From Dehalococcoidia bacterium (GTDB lineage: Bacteria > Chloroflexota > Dehalococcoidia > Bin125): a DNA stretch of 64,000 nucleotides. The translations under genes and the position numbers were made by a program. The notes beneath the pieces were generated by a model. The model was given only the letters and a program-made list of their open reading frames with translations, had not been told where the DNA came from and did not search any database. The stretch lies in NCBI GenBank assembly GCA_963663895.2, contig CAXXRD010000001.1:544001-608000 (forward strand), written 5' to 3'. The first letter of the stretch is position 1. Each line of letters begins with the position of its first letter. Positions 36,245 to 46,815 of the stretch are shown piece after piece.

Positions 36245-37315
36245 ATGCTCCGGCACCTCTTGCTGGCGTTGGCCGCGGCAGCAGGGATGGCCGCTTCCGG
36301 TTACGTACTTAGCTCGCAGGCAGCGGCCGATTTCTTACGCGAAGGAGCGGTGCGCTTCACGGGGCTGGAGGGCGAAACGCTCCGGCTGGTGCTGGGGCTG
36401 GGCGCATTGGCGGCGACGGCCATCGCGGTAGGGGCGCTTTGGCATCAGGTGACTCATCCGCGGCTACTGCTGGCGGCTATCGCGCTGGGCGGCGGCATGT
36501 TCTTAGCGCACGCGGTTCTGATGCCGATGGCCGTCTTGCTCGTGATGGCCGCTGGCACGGATTTTTCCCAGCACGTGACTCGGGAGCGCTTCGATTGGGC
36601 CAGGCGAAACCCAGCCGTGTTGGGCGGCGGCGCCTTGGCGGGAGCGGGCGCACTGGCGGCGGGAGTGTGGCTCTCGATCTGGCTACTCGGGCCGCTGTTT
36701 GACGAGGGGACGCGGCTTGACGAGATGCTCGGTTTCGAAGTGGCGGGGTTGGTGGATCCAGGGGTAGTAGTCGAGCCGGCAGTAGTCGAACCGGTAGTAG
36801 TCGAGCCTGCGACGGTCGAGCCCGCCGCGGCGGAAGAAGGCGAGGCCGTCGCTGCCGTGCCGAGCGCGCCCGATGCGACGACGGCGACTGAGGAGGACGT
36901 ACCGACGGGCGAGACGACGCGGACGGACACGTCCAGCGTGGCCGACGCCGCGGCCGACCCGGCGCCCGCTGCTGAGAGGACGGGCAGTCTGATATCGAGC
37001 GGCATGCTCATGGGGACGGACGCGTTCCACACCGGGAGCGGCGACGTGCTGCTGGTGAGCGATCCGGAAGGCAACTTGATCCTGCGCTTCCAGGAGTACT
37101 CGGTGCGAAATGGACCGGACCTATTCGTCTACCTGACACCCGATCCCGAGGGCGACGTGCACGCGAACGGCGCCGTCAACCTCGGCGCCATCCGGGCGAC
37201 GAGCGGCTTCGTGAACTACGAAGTGCCAGCGGACGTCGATCCGACCTCGTTCCGCGCCGCCGTGATCTACTGCCGGGCCTTCTCCGTAACCTTCGCGGTC
37301 GCGGAACTCACTTAG
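36245..37315 (+). CDS. Membrane protein with a C-terminal DM13 domain
   Basis: Several TM segments, acidic linker with VVEP repeats, NGPDLFVYL...G...NY...IYCRAFSVTF DM13 signature. Confidence 0.8.
   Translation: MLRHLLLALAAAAGMAASGYVLSSQAAADFLREGAVRFTGLEGETLRLVLGLGALAATAIAVGALWHQVTHPRLLLAAIALGGGMFLAHAVLMPMAVLLVMAAGTDFSQHVTRERFDWARRNPAVLGGGALAGAGALAAGVWLSIWLLGPLFDEGTRLDEMLGFEVAGLVDPGVVVEPAVVEPVVVEPATVEPAAAEEGEAVAAVPSAPDATTATEEDVPTGETTRTDTSSVADAAADPAPAAERTGSLISSGMLMGTDAFHTGSGDVLLVSDPEGNLILRFQEYSVRNGPDLFVYLTPDPEGDVHANGAVNLGAIRATSGFVNYEVPADVDPTSFRAAVIYCRAFSVTFAVAELT
36764..36823. repeat. 15-bp coding tandem repeat, 4 copies
   Basis: Encodes VVVEP-AVVEP-VVVEP-ATVEP. Confidence 0.8.
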
Positions 37316-37388
37316 GCGTACGGCTCCGTCTTGGTAGGCTGTCGGATGCACCGAGGGTCGGGAGCCCCGCGTCGGCAAGGAGCGTGTC

Positions 37389-37862
37389 ATGGGCGACAGC
37401 GACAGCGAGACCGAGATGCGGCCTGCCCTGCCCGAATGGATCCAGAGCCATCTGGATCGGTATCTGGCAACGGACGGAGCGGATGGACACCTATGGGACT
37501 CCACCGCCTTCGGCGGGAGTGGCAAGATCCCGACGCTACTGTTGACGACGACGGGGCGGCGATCCGGTAGCCGCAACCCGCTGCCGCTGATCTACGGCGA
37601 AGCCGACGGGGCCTACGTGATCGTTGCGTCCAAAGGCGGCGCATCCGAGCACCCCGGGTGGTACCTCAATCTGGTGACGGAGCCGCAAGTCGGGGTGCAA
37701 GTGCTGGCCGAGCGCTTCTCGGCGCGCGCGCGCACGGCGACCGGAGACGAGCGGGCGAAGCTCTGGGATCAGATGGCGCGGATCTATCCGCCCTACAACG
37801 ACTACCAAAAGAAAACCGACCGGGAAATTCCGGTGATCGTTTTGGAGCATACGGGCAGCTAG
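37389..37862 (+). CDS. Deazaflavin (F420)-dependent nitroreductase-family oxidoreductase (Ddn/FDOR-A type)
   Basis: LLLTTTGRRSG, VASKGG...HPGWYLNL, YQKKTDREIP. Confidence 0.9.
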   Translation: MGDSDSETEMRPALPEWIQSHLDRYLATDGADGHLWDSTAFGGSGKIPTLLLTTTGRRSGSRNPLPLIYGEADGAYVIVASKGGASEHPGWYLNLVTEPQVGVQVLAERFSARARTATGDERAKLWDQMARIYPPYNDYQKKTDREIPVIVLEHTGS

Positions 37863-37896
37863 CGCCGCCGGGCGCGGGCTAGAAGTGGATGCGGGC

Positions 37897-38760
37897 ATGA
37901 GACGCGATGTGCAGTTCAACGCGGGGGGCGTACAGCTGGCCGGCTGGCTGTACCTGCCGGAGAGGGGCGAGGGCGCGCATCCGCTCGTCGTGATGTCGCA
38001 CGGGTTCTCGGCGGTTCGGCGCATGGGGTTGGATGACTACGCGCGCGTCTTCGAGCGAGCAGGGCTCGCCTGTCTGGTGTACGACCACCGCGGATTCGCC
38101 GAGAGCCAGGGGGAGCCGCGCCATGAAGTAGATCCGTGGCAGCAGATCCACGACATGCGGGATGCGATCTCATTCGCACGTTCCTTGCCGGAGATTGACC
38201 CGGAACGGATCGGCATCTGGGGCACCAGCTACGCCGGGAGCCACGTGATCGTCGTGGGTGCGATCGACCGGCGGGTGCAGTGCGTCGTCGCACAGGTACC
38301 GCTGATGAGCGGGTCGCGCACGCTTCCGCGCTGGGTGCCCGCCGCGAAGCTGGCGGGGCTGCGGGACGCCTTCGATAGTGATCGCGACGCACAAGCCCGC
38401 GGCGAGCCGCCGCGGGTCGTCACCGCCTCCCCCAGTGGGAGCGACGCGGCCGCCTGGGCGGAGGCGATCGACAGGGATGGCGCCTATCCGAACGAGGTCA
38501 CGCTGCGCAGCATGGAGTTGCTGACGGAATACGAGCCCGAGACGTTCATCCACCGCATCGGCCCCACGCCCTTCCTGATGATCGCCGCGACACAGGACAT
38601 CACCACGCCCACCGAAGAGCAGCTGGTCGCGTTTTCACGTGCGACGGAGCCGAAGCGCCTCGTCTTGATTGCAGGCGGCCACTACGACCCCTACATCGGC
38701 GAGTTGGAGGAGGCAAGCGCCGCGGCGCGCGATTGGTTCGTCGAGCATCTGACGCCTTAG
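37897..38760 (+). CDS. Alpha/beta hydrolase
   Basis: HGFSA, YDHRGFAESQGEPR, GTSYAG, GGHYDPY. Confidence 0.85.
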   Translation: MRRDVQFNAGGVQLAGWLYLPERGEGAHPLVVMSHGFSAVRRMGLDDYARVFERAGLACLVYDHRGFAESQGEPRHEVDPWQQIHDMRDAISFARSLPEIDPERIGIWGTSYAGSHVIVVGAIDRRVQCVVAQVPLMSGSRTLPRWVPAAKLAGLRDAFDSDRDAQARGEPPRVVTASPSGSDAAAWAEAIDRDGAYPNEVTLRSMELLTEYEPETFIHRIGPTPFLMIAATQDITTPTEEQLVAFSRATEPKRLVLIAGGHYDPYIGELEEASAAARDWFVEHLTP

Positions 38761-38959
38761 CCGGAGGCCGGATCCAAGACATCCATCCGATCAGCGTTCG
38801 CGAGGACTTCGCCGGTATTGCCCAAGCGTTCTCGGAACGCACTCGTATCCGATAGCCGTCCGCGAGAGCCGCTTCGAGGCTATCGACGATCGCCCACGCT
38901 CGCCTTGTGGTATATCGAGGAGCAAGATTGCCGCGTGGTCGCAAGCAAGGAACGTTTCC

Positions 38960-40702
38960 ATACGCACCTATTACGACATCCAGCTCGGTGAGCGCCGCGT
39001 GGAGGCGCGGGCGCTTCGCGGCGAGGCGATCGTGCAGGCGGGGCGCTACCTCATTGCAAAGACGCTGCTCGGAATGGGAGTGGCGGGCGTCGACCCGTTG
39101 TCCCCCGAGAACCCACTGATCTTCTCGGCGGGCCCGTTCGCCGGGACCGCCTTCTCCAACGCGAACCGCACAAGCGTGGGCTGCAAGAGCCCGCTCACGG
39201 GTGGGATCAAGGAAGCGAATGGGGGCGGTACCTTCGCCTACGCACTCGGGCAGCTAAGGATCTGCGGATTGACCCTGCTCGGGGCATCTCCGGATTGGGT
39301 CGTACTGCGGCTGACCAAGGACGGCGGTGTCGAGTTCCACGAGGCGGCGCCATACGTCGGCAAGGGCAACTTTGAGGCGGCCGATCTGCTGCTGGAACGC
39401 TACGGCAAGAGAGTCGCGATCGCGCTCTGCGGCCCCGTGGGGGAGTACCAGGGTCTCCTGGCAGGCGTAGCGTTCACGGACAAGGACCGCCGTCCGGCGC
39501 GGCTGGCGGCGCGGGGCGGGGTGGGCGCGGTGATGGGATCCAAGAAAGTGAAGGCGATCGTCGTGGACATGGACCGCCCGCCTCCGTTCGAGGAGCCCAA
39601 GAAAGTCCAAGCCAGCATTAAGGACTACGCCGGGAAGCTACAGGCCGACGAGATCATTCAGAACACGTACGCGCCCTTGGGCACCATGTCGATGGCCGAC
39701 CTCCAGAACACCGTGGGAGGACTGCCGGTGCGCAACTTCAGCGCAGGACAGCTGGCCAACGTCTCGGCTGGGGAGACGTTCAAGATGGGCGCCGACTACA
39801 TCGCCCCGCTCAACACGTCGCGGGGCGGATCGCAGACCCACGCCTGTATGCCAGGCTGCATCATCCGCTGCAGCAACGTGTATCACGACGCCAACGGCAA
39901 GGAAGTCGTCTCGCCGGTGGAGTACGAGACCTTGGGGCTCCTCGGATCGAATTGCGGAATCAGCGATCCTGACGAACTTGCGGAGCTGAATGCGATCGCG
40001 AACGACTTGGGTATCGACACGATCGAGACCGGTGCGACCTTGGCCGTCCTGATGGAGGCGGGGGTCGGCGCATTCGGCGACGCGGCTTTCATGCGCGACT
40101 GCCTGACGGAGATCCGCCAAGGCAGCGAGCAGGGACGCCGCTGGGCGCAGGGAACGGCGCGCGTGGGGGCGCACTACGGGGTGCGCCGGGTGCCGGTGAT
40201 CAAGCGACAAGCGATGAGCGCCTACGACCCGCGGGTGGTCGAGGCGACCGGCGTCGCGATGATGGCGACGGCGCAGGGAGCAGACCACACCGTCGGCAAC
40301 TTGGCACGGCTGAACACGTTCGAACTGGACAACGCGTCGCTGATAGAGCAAAGCCTGACCCAACAGCGGAAGGTGGCGGCGACGGACTCCTTGGGCCTCT
40401 GCGTCTTTGGTCAGAGCGTGACTAACGTCAACCTGGAGTTCTTGGTGAGCGCGTTGAACGCCGCCCACGGAACCGAACTCGGTGAGGAATTTTTCGAAGC
40501 ACTGGGAGATGCAACGCTCCGGTTGGAGCACGCGTTCAACCGCGAAGCCGGCTTCACGGAACAGGACGACGAGCTGCCGGCGTTCTTTTACGATGAGCCG
40601 CTGCCGCCCACCGGTCGAGTGGCTCGCTTCCACGCGGGTGACCTGCGGGGGATGTACGAGCGCCCGGCGCCCATAGCAGCGAAAGCCGAAGACCATGGTT
40701 AA
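38960..40702 (+). CDS. Aldehyde:ferredoxin oxidoreductase family (W/Mo-pterin); start uncertain (ATA 38960 or GTG 38999)
   Basis: KSPLTGGIKEAN, AARGGVGAVMGSKK, CMPGCIIRC 4Fe-4S motif, EYET, DSLGLC. Confidence 0.88.
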   Translation: MRTYYDIQLGERRVEARALRGEAIVQAGRYLIAKTLLGMGVAGVDPLSPENPLIFSAGPFAGTAFSNANRTSVGCKSPLTGGIKEANGGGTFAYALGQLRICGLTLLGASPDWVVLRLTKDGGVEFHEAAPYVGKGNFEAADLLLERYGKRVAIALCGPVGEYQGLLAGVAFTDKDRRPARLAARGGVGAVMGSKKVKAIVVDMDRPPPFEEPKKVQASIKDYAGKLQADEIIQNTYAPLGTMSMADLQNTVGGLPVRNFSAGQLANVSAGETFKMGADYIAPLNTSRGGSQTHACMPGCIIRCSNVYHDANGKEVVSPVEYETLGLLGSNCGISDPDELAELNAIANDLGIDTIETGATLAVLMEAGVGAFGDAAFMRDCLTEIRQGSEQGRRWAQGTARVGAHYGVRRVPVIKRQAMSAYDPRVVEATGVAMMATAQGADHTVGNLARLNTFELDNASLIEQSLTQQRKVAATDSLGLCVFGQSVTNVNLEFLVSALNAAHGTELGEEFFEALGDATLRLEHAFNREAGFTEQDDELPAFFYDEPLPPTGRVARFHAGDLRGMYERPAPIAAKAEDHG

Positions 40703-41960
40703 AGTGCTCCTGCAGATATATCCGATGATCCCGGCGGCGGACGAAGACGAGAGGCGCGCGCAGCGGCCGATCGGTCGTGATGTCGAGCGCTATCACGCGG
40801 TCATCAAGGAATGCGACGAGTTGGTCAAGGCCTGCGACGCGCTTGGCCTGTGGGGCGTCTCGACGATCGAGCACCACTTCCACTCGGAGGGCTACGAACT
40901 GGGTCCCAATCCCGGCATGCTGACGATGCGTTGGGGCACCATCACGAAGAACCTGCGCGTGGGCGCGCTGGGCTACGTGATGAGCGCGCAGCACCCGATC
41001 CGGGTCGCGGAAGAGATCGCGATCTTGGACCACCTCACCGACGGTCGCTGCTTCGCGGGCTTCGCACGTGGTTACCAGGATCGCTGGACGAACATCATCG
41101 GACAGCACCTGGGCACACGGGCGACGCATTCGGACGGCGGCCCCGACGACCAGATCAATCGCGATATCTTTGAGGAGCAGGTACAGATGGTGCTCGATGC
41201 CTGGACGCAGGAGAGCGTCGAGCAGAACACGCCGCTTTGGCAGATCCCCTACCCCTACGACGAGGGGATCAGTTGGTGGATGGCCGACGCTACCAAGCGG
41301 CTCGGCGCACCCGGCGAGATCGGGGACGACGGCCGGGTCCACCGGGTGAGTGTGGTGCCGGCGCCCTACACGAAGCCCTACCCGCCGGTCTTCGTCGCCA
41401 GCAGCGGCTCCGTGCCGACGATCGAGTATTGCGGCCGGATGGGCTTCATCCCTACCTACTTCACGAACGTCGAAAAGGGGGCGGAGATGGGGATGATGTA
41501 CCTCAACGCCGCCCGGTCGGCGGGGCACGATATCGCCTTCGGGGAGCGGCAGGCGACCACCCGCTGGCTGCAGCTCGGCGACACGCACGAGGAGGCGGTC
41601 TCAGCCGCCGCCTCTTACGATGCCGAGATCCAGCGCAACTTCTACAACCTGTTGGCGCTGGCGGCGCGCCGCCAAGTGCAGGCGCTGCCACAGGACACCA
41701 GCATCCATACCTTCACGGAGGTGGTAGAGCAATCGGAGCAGCACTGCGTGGGCACGGTCGACGAGGTGCGTGAAAAGATGGTCCGCCAGTGGCAGGAGCT
41801 CCCGGCGGAGTACTGCGTGCTGATCTTGCACTATGCCCAGCAGCCGCTCGACAGCTGCATCTGGAACCTCGACACGTTCATGCGGGAGATCAAACCGGCC
41901 TTGGACGAGATCACGGCCGCGGCGCGTCTGCCCGGCTCCACGCCGGTGGCCGACCACTGA
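40695..41960 (+). CDS. Luciferase-like (LLM) flavin-dependent oxidoreductase
   Basis: EHHFHSEG, HPIRVAEEIAILDHLTDGR, GFARGYQ, P-x-P-x-TKPYPP. Confidence 0.9.
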   Translation: MVKVLLQIYPMIPAADEDERRAQRPIGRDVERYHAVIKECDELVKACDALGLWGVSTIEHHFHSEGYELGPNPGMLTMRWGTITKNLRVGALGYVMSAQHPIRVAEEIAILDHLTDGRCFAGFARGYQDRWTNIIGQHLGTRATHSDGGPDDQINRDIFEEQVQMVLDAWTQESVEQNTPLWQIPYPYDEGISWWMADATKRLGAPGEIGDDGRVHRVSVVPAPYTKPYPPVFVASSGSVPTIEYCGRMGFIPTYFTNVEKGAEMGMMYLNAARSAGHDIAFGERQATTRWLQLGDTHEEAVSAAASYDAEIQRNFYNLLALAARRQVQALPQDTSIHTFTEVVEQSEQHCVGTVDEVREKMVRQWQELPAEYCVLILHYAQQPLDSCIWNLDTFMREIKPALDEITAAARLPGSTPVADH

Positions 41961-42029
41961 CGATCGCGGCAGAACCAAGGCAGGCCGCGGCAGGCGGCGC
42001 CGTACGCGGCCTGCGGCCGGGCAGGCGGA

Positions 42030-43529
42030 TCAAGCAGAAGACTCGGCGTTCACCCTGTCGAAAAGATGCACGACCTCGCGAGACGGCTTCGGCGTGAGAA
42101 GGGAGATCACCACGGCCACGAACATGGCGATCAAGAAGCCCGGCGTGGCAGGCTGGATATCCCACATTCCCGAGGGTCCACCGTCCAGAAATCCCCAGAC
42201 CGAAGCGACCGCCGTGCCCGCCAGGATGGACGCGGCCGCTCCCCAGAAGTTGAACCGGCGCCAGAACAGCGCCAGGATCGTGACCGGCCCGAAGGCCGCA
42301 CCCATTCCGCCCCATGCGTAGCTGACCAATTCGAAGATGGATTCTGGGTAGACGATGGCGACCACCGCCGAAATGCCGCCGATGATCACCAGCAGCAGGC
42401 GGCCCAACCACACGCGCGCGTTCGCTGTGATCGCATAGGCAACGCGCTTGATGAACGGCAGGTCGTCGGTGGCGACGGCCGATGCCAGAAGCAACTGCGA
42501 ATCCGCCGTGCTCATCACGGCCGCGATCACCGCCGTCAGAAGCAGCCCCGTCACAACGGGATGGAAGAACGTCTCGGACACCACCAGATACACGCGCTCG
42601 GTGTCCGCGACCTCCGGCAGCAGGCCTGCGTCGGAGAGAGCGGGATAGGCAAGGATCCCGAGCAGCAACGCAAGCGCGTAAACGGCCACCACCCAGATCG
42701 TGGAGATGTTGCGGCTCCTGACAACCCTGTCTTCCCGCTCCAATGCCATGAAGCGCTGCAGGATCCGTTGGGCTCCGAAGGCGCCAAAAGCCCACCCTGC
42801 TGCCGAGAGAGCGAAGATGAAGTCGACCGTCCCGCCGTCGCCATGCGTCAACGGATTCAGAAAACCGGGGGAAGAGCCTCCCACTCCTGCAAACGGACTC
42901 TCCGACGAAGCGATCAACGTAGCCGTGATCACCAAAAGGCTGACCAGCATTAATATTGCCTGGGCCACGTCCGTCCTGGATACCGCCAAGAATCCGCCAA
43001 TTAATGTGTAGGACGCTACGGCGACAAGGGTCAGCAAGATGCCCGTCGTCGCTTCAATCCCAAAGAGCGTTTCCAGAAGCTTCGAGCCGCCAACCAGACC
43101 GGAGCTCACATAGAAAATGACAAAGAAAATCGTAATGATCGAAGTGAGCGTCCGTAAGATCCCAGTCGTATCTCCAAACCGAACCTCGAAAAACTCCGGA
43201 ATAGTCAGGGCATTGTTCGCTTCGATAGTGTACCGGCGCAACTTCTTGGCGAGGACCGTCCAGCTCAGCCAGATACCGACCGCCGCGCCTGCGGGGACCC
43301 ACATCTCCACGGCGCCGTGACTGAAGGCCAGAGCGGGGAGGGCCAGCATCGTCCAAGCGCTCGTCGTCGACGATCCGGCGCTGAGCGCCGCCGTGAAACT
43401 GCCCAACCGCCTGCCGGCCAGCGCATAGTCCGACATGCTCCGTATCTTGCGGGCCTTCACCAATGCGATGCCGATCAACATCACAAAGTAGAGGCAGAAA
43501 ACAACGATGACCCACGTGCTAGACATCAC
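42030..43529 (-). CDS. putP: Sodium/proline (SSS-family) symporter
   Basis: DYALAGRRLG, LTIPEFFEVRF, GGFLAVSRTD, AAVMSTADSQLL, YAWGGMGAAFGP. Confidence 0.85.
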   Translation of the reverse strand: MMSSTWVIVVFCLYFVMLIGIALVKARKIRSMSDYALAGRRLGSFTAALSAGSSTTSAWTMLALPALAFSHGAVEMWVPAGAAVGIWLSWTVLAKKLRRYTIEANNALTIPEFFEVRFGDTTGILRTLTSIITIFFVIFYVSSGLVGGSKLLETLFGIEATTGILLTLVAVASYTLIGGFLAVSRTDVAQAILMLVSLLVITATLIASSESPFAGVGGSSPGFLNPLTHGDGGTVDFIFALSAAGWAFGAFGAQRILQRFMALEREDRVVRSRNISTIWVVAVYALALLLGILAYPALSDAGLLPEVADTERVYLVVSETFFHPVVTGLLLTAVIAAVMSTADSQLLLASAVATDDLPFIKRVAYAITANARVWLGRLLLVIIGGISAVVAIVYPESIFELVSYAWGGMGAAFGPVTILALFWRRFNFWGAAASILAGTAVASVWGFLDGGPSGMWDIQPATPGFLIAMFVAVVISLLTPKPSREVVHLFDRVNAESSA

Positions 43530-43589
43530 AATTCCGGTTTCTAGCGTATAAGTACAACATCTGAAGCCGTCGCCCGCGTGAGAATGATT

Positions 43590-44507
43590 TCAAATCAGCT
43601 GTCGGCGCTCAAGAAAATCGATGGTCAACGCGACACACTGCTCCGGCTTTTCCAACTGCAGAAAATGCGTGGCCTCGGGCAGAAAATCGTAGTCGAGATC
43701 GGTGAGGGTACCGAGGTCCACGCTTGGTAGAAACGCATGTGGCTCCGTCGGATCGGCGCCAATGGCCTTGACCGGACAGCGCACATTGCCCAGATCCAGC
43801 TGGAGCACCCAACCGAAAAAGAACTGCGCGACCTGTGCCTCGTACTCCCTGGGGCAACGAAGCGCATAGCCCTCCCCGTCCGGGACGGGGCGCAAGGTCG
43901 TCTCCGCCATGAGATCCACAACGCCCGGAAGCAACCGCTTGAAAGCAGGCGCGTCGCGGTAACGGTTTACGAACTCTTCCCGGTTTTCAAACCAAGTGCG
44001 GCGCCGCTTGATTACGTCGTGCATCTGGTGGCTCACTTGGTACATATCCTCCAGCAAGACGCTGGGGGTGCAGATCGCCGGATCGAAGAGGACGAGAGCA
44101 GAAAAAATATTCTCTGCCGAGGCTCCGCTCCATCCTTGCGCGTAGAGCAGGGCGGGCAGCGTCGACATGGAATGGAACACTCCTACCGCAGGCTTCTCCC
44201 CAAAGTTCCGGCGAATAGCCCGGACGACGCCTTCGCAGTCTTGCGCAAAGCTAGGAATGTGATGACTTCGTTGGTCGCCAACTGGGTTCCAGCCGTGGTT
44301 CCGAATGTCGTAGATGAACAGATCGAACCTCGCCGCCAATAGGGACCAGTACGGATAGTAGGTATCAGCGGATAACCCGTTGCCGTGACTCAATATCATC
44401 CGCGGACCGTCGGGGGTTCCGTGCCGCCGCACGTATACGCGCGCACCGTCGGCCATCTTCACTTCAAGAACCGCCAGCGCCTCCGGCAGCGTCCAGCGAT
44501 TAGTCAT
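43590..44507 (-). CDS. Alpha/beta hydrolase
   Basis: HGNG, DIRNHG, FHSMS elbow, THFLQLEKP. Confidence 0.8.
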   Translation of the reverse strand: MTNRWTLPEALAVLEVKMADGARVYVRRHGTPDGPRMILSHGNGLSADTYYPYWSLLAARFDLFIYDIRNHGWNPVGDQRSHHIPSFAQDCEGVVRAIRRNFGEKPAVGVFHSMSTLPALLYAQGWSGASAENIFSALVLFDPAICTPSVLLEDMYQVSHQMHDVIKRRRTWFENREEFVNRYRDAPAFKRLLPGVVDLMAETTLRPVPDGEGYALRCPREYEAQVAQFFFGWVLQLDLGNVRCPVKAIGADPTEPHAFLPSVDLGTLTDLDYDFLPEATHFLQLEKPEQCVALTIDFLERRQLI

Positions 44508-44519
44508 CGATCGAGCGGG

Positions 44520-44801
44520 TCAGGAAAGCCATGGGGGATTATATACGTGAGTATTCACACTGGAAGGCCACCAGGGGCAGTTCCAGCTCTTCGCAGATGC
44601 GGAAGGCGACATCGTAGGAGGAGCAGAAGAGGTCCGCCTCCGTATCAATGGAAATCCGTCCACCGTGTCACCAGCGAGGCGTCCACCCACACGGTCGCCG
44701 GCCTCGAGCAGGATCAGGGAGAAGCCCTGCTCTTGGAGGGCGTAGGCGGCGCTCAGCCCGGCGGCTCCTCCGTCAACCACGACGACCCCTCTCTCACTCA
44801 C
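44520..44801 (-). pseudogene. N-terminal fragment of an FAD-dependent amine-oxidase/protoporphyrinogen-oxidase-like protein
   Basis: VVVVDGGAAGLSAAYAL...LEAGDRVGGR...VDGF; the first Gly of GxGxxG is replaced by Asp, and similarity is lost after about 50 aa. Confidence 0.65.
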
Positions 44802-45102
44802 GACGAGATCCTCTTACCCCTCTTGGGAACGACGGCGCACAACAGGTGTGACACCAGCCGAAGTGGGACGCTCGCGCCGTGGCGAACTTGCGATCGCATT
44901 CTTACGATCGCGTCAAAGTACTTCCCAAACGAGTGTAGGTGCCATACAGGGTTGGATGTCACGGCCCGATGATCAGAGCCTGGCGACCCCATACAGCAAC
45001 GAGTAGGCGCTGCTCCCGCAGGATGGAGATTGGATATCCGCCAACAAGGGGCATGTAGTGCCGGACCGCATCCGATAGCCGGTCGCCAGGAACGGCCGCG
45101 CC

Positions 45103-45684
45103 TCAGCCAACCGCGGTGGCCAGCTCAAGGAGCTTTCTTACCGTTCTCCAGTTTCGAGCCGTGCCGGTAGTCGAGAGGCTGGAGTCGAAGTAGCTGTTCG
45201 TGAGCTTGCTGCGGGCAACCCCGTTCGGACAGTGGAGAAAGACCTCGCGACCCAATACCACGAACTCGTCGCCTGGTGAGCGATTCGGGTCCAATACTTC
45301 AACGTGCGCAGGGTCGGGTAGGTCTGCCAGGAAGAGGACAAGCAGCTTGCCCGCTTCGGCTCCAGCTTCCGCGAAGGGGTTAGCCTGCACGATCTCCTGG
45401 AGTTCCCGGGCTGTGCGGGTGACCACTGGAACACGATAGCCGAAGCGACTCAAGATCGACGTACTGATCAGAGATGGGATATCTTCTGCCAAAGCTGGTT
45501 CTGCACGAAAGAGCACGTTCCCACTCTGGATGTAGGTCTGAACGTCGTCGCACCCCGCGTCCCGGAACATTGCGGCGAGATCCTTCATCGGCAGTTTGTT
45601 CTTCCCACCGACGTTGATCCCGCGAAGCAATGCGACGTTTGCGCCTGTCGCGCTGCGCACGCTGTCAACGGACATGTTGGGCAT
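45103..45684 (-). CDS. DUF1697-family protein
   Basis: VALLRGINVGG, TYIQSGNV, NPF, TARNWRTV. Confidence 0.88.
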   Translation of the reverse strand: MPNMSVDSVRSATGANVALLRGINVGGKNKLPMKDLAAMFRDAGCDDVQTYIQSGNVLFRAEPALAEDIPSLISTSILSRFGYRVPVVTRTARELQEIVQANPFAEAGAEAGKLLVLFLADLPDPAHVEVLDPNRSPGDEFVVLGREVFLHCPNGVARSKLTNSYFDSSLSTTGTARNWRTVRKLLELATAVG

Positions 45685-46200
45685 GTTCCTTCCCGGTTCC
45701 GGAGACCCCTCGACTACTCCGGCGCGTCCTCGCCAGCGAGTAGCCGTTCCGTGGACGTGAAGGGGACGGCGGCCAGGCACATGGCGTCGGGATGGCATTC
45801 TAACCAGACGCTTGAGTCGTGCGGAAAGAGTATGGGCGTAGGGCGCACGCAGCCAAATTCCTCGGGGGCAGGATAGCTTAGTGGGCTGCTGTGCTATGAG
45901 CGGCGAAGAGGTTTCGGCGTCCCATTCGGTTACTGGTCCCACGTTGGGGCCATCTGCAGCCGACCTGATCAGGAAGAGGCAACAGGAGGCGCTTGGACTC
46001 AATCTGGCAGGCTTCAGAACACGACGGGCCACGTGAAAGTTCGGAGTACAGTACGCGAGGTCCGACTAGGATCGTCACGAGGACTGCACCTCCGCAGCGA
46101 GCGGAAACGGATTGCTTCGGTCCGATCCCAGGCACTGCCGCAGCAGTAACGGGCTCCCCTTCAATCCTCTCCACCGCATCCCTGCCGGCAGGCGGAGGCT

Positions 46201-46815
46201 CTAGTTTCTCGCTTGCGCCGCGAGCGCGCGGAGAAGGGCGAGGAACTCTTCGGCTGTCGAGAGGGGGACGCGTACGCCGTTCACCAGCACGAAGGGGGTC
46301 GAAGCGATGCCCAAGCGGCGCGCCTCCTCGACCCCCGCCATCAGGGCATCCTGATGGGTCCGCGAGTCCAGGCAGTCCGAGAACCGATCCAGGTCCAAGC
46401 CGGCGGCTCGCGCAGCGCCGTCCAGCTCCGCGCTCGACAGCCCCTGCGCCTGCCGCTCGAAGAGCGCATCGTGGTACGGGAAGAAGGCGTCTTGATCGGC
46501 CGCGCACTCGGCGGCGAGCGCCGCCGCCTCGCTCGCCGGGCCCAGGTGCGGGAAATGCCGGAAGGTGAAGCGGGCGATCCCCGTCTGCACGAACTCATCC
46601 TCAAAGGGCGGCTCAAACTGAGTCGCGAACACCCGGCAGCCGGGTCACTGGAAATCGCCCCAGTGCACCACGTGGAGCGGCGCCTCCGCGAACCCGAGCG
46701 TGTTGCGCTCGGTTGGGATAGCGGCCGGCGCCTCGCTCTCGGTCCCGCCATTGCATGCCGCCGCCAGCAGGCAGGCCAGCAGCAGCGCCCCCAAAGCCAG
46801 CCGTCGTCGCCCCAC
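46201..46815 (-). CDS. DsbA/thioredoxin-fold lipoprotein with an in-frame TGA at the first Cys of CxxC (probable selenoprotein, UPGC)
   Basis: GGGAGGA-GTG start; lipobox LAAAC; LGFAEAPLHVVHWGDFQ-TGA(46647-46645)-PGC; then FRHFP, AAECAADQ and GIASTP (cis-Pro) in the same frame. Confidence 0.85.

Noticed and set aside
45685-46200. N-terminal extension of the DUF1697 ORF or a separate gene
   Set aside because: No recognisable motif in any frame; probably decayed or intergenic sequence.
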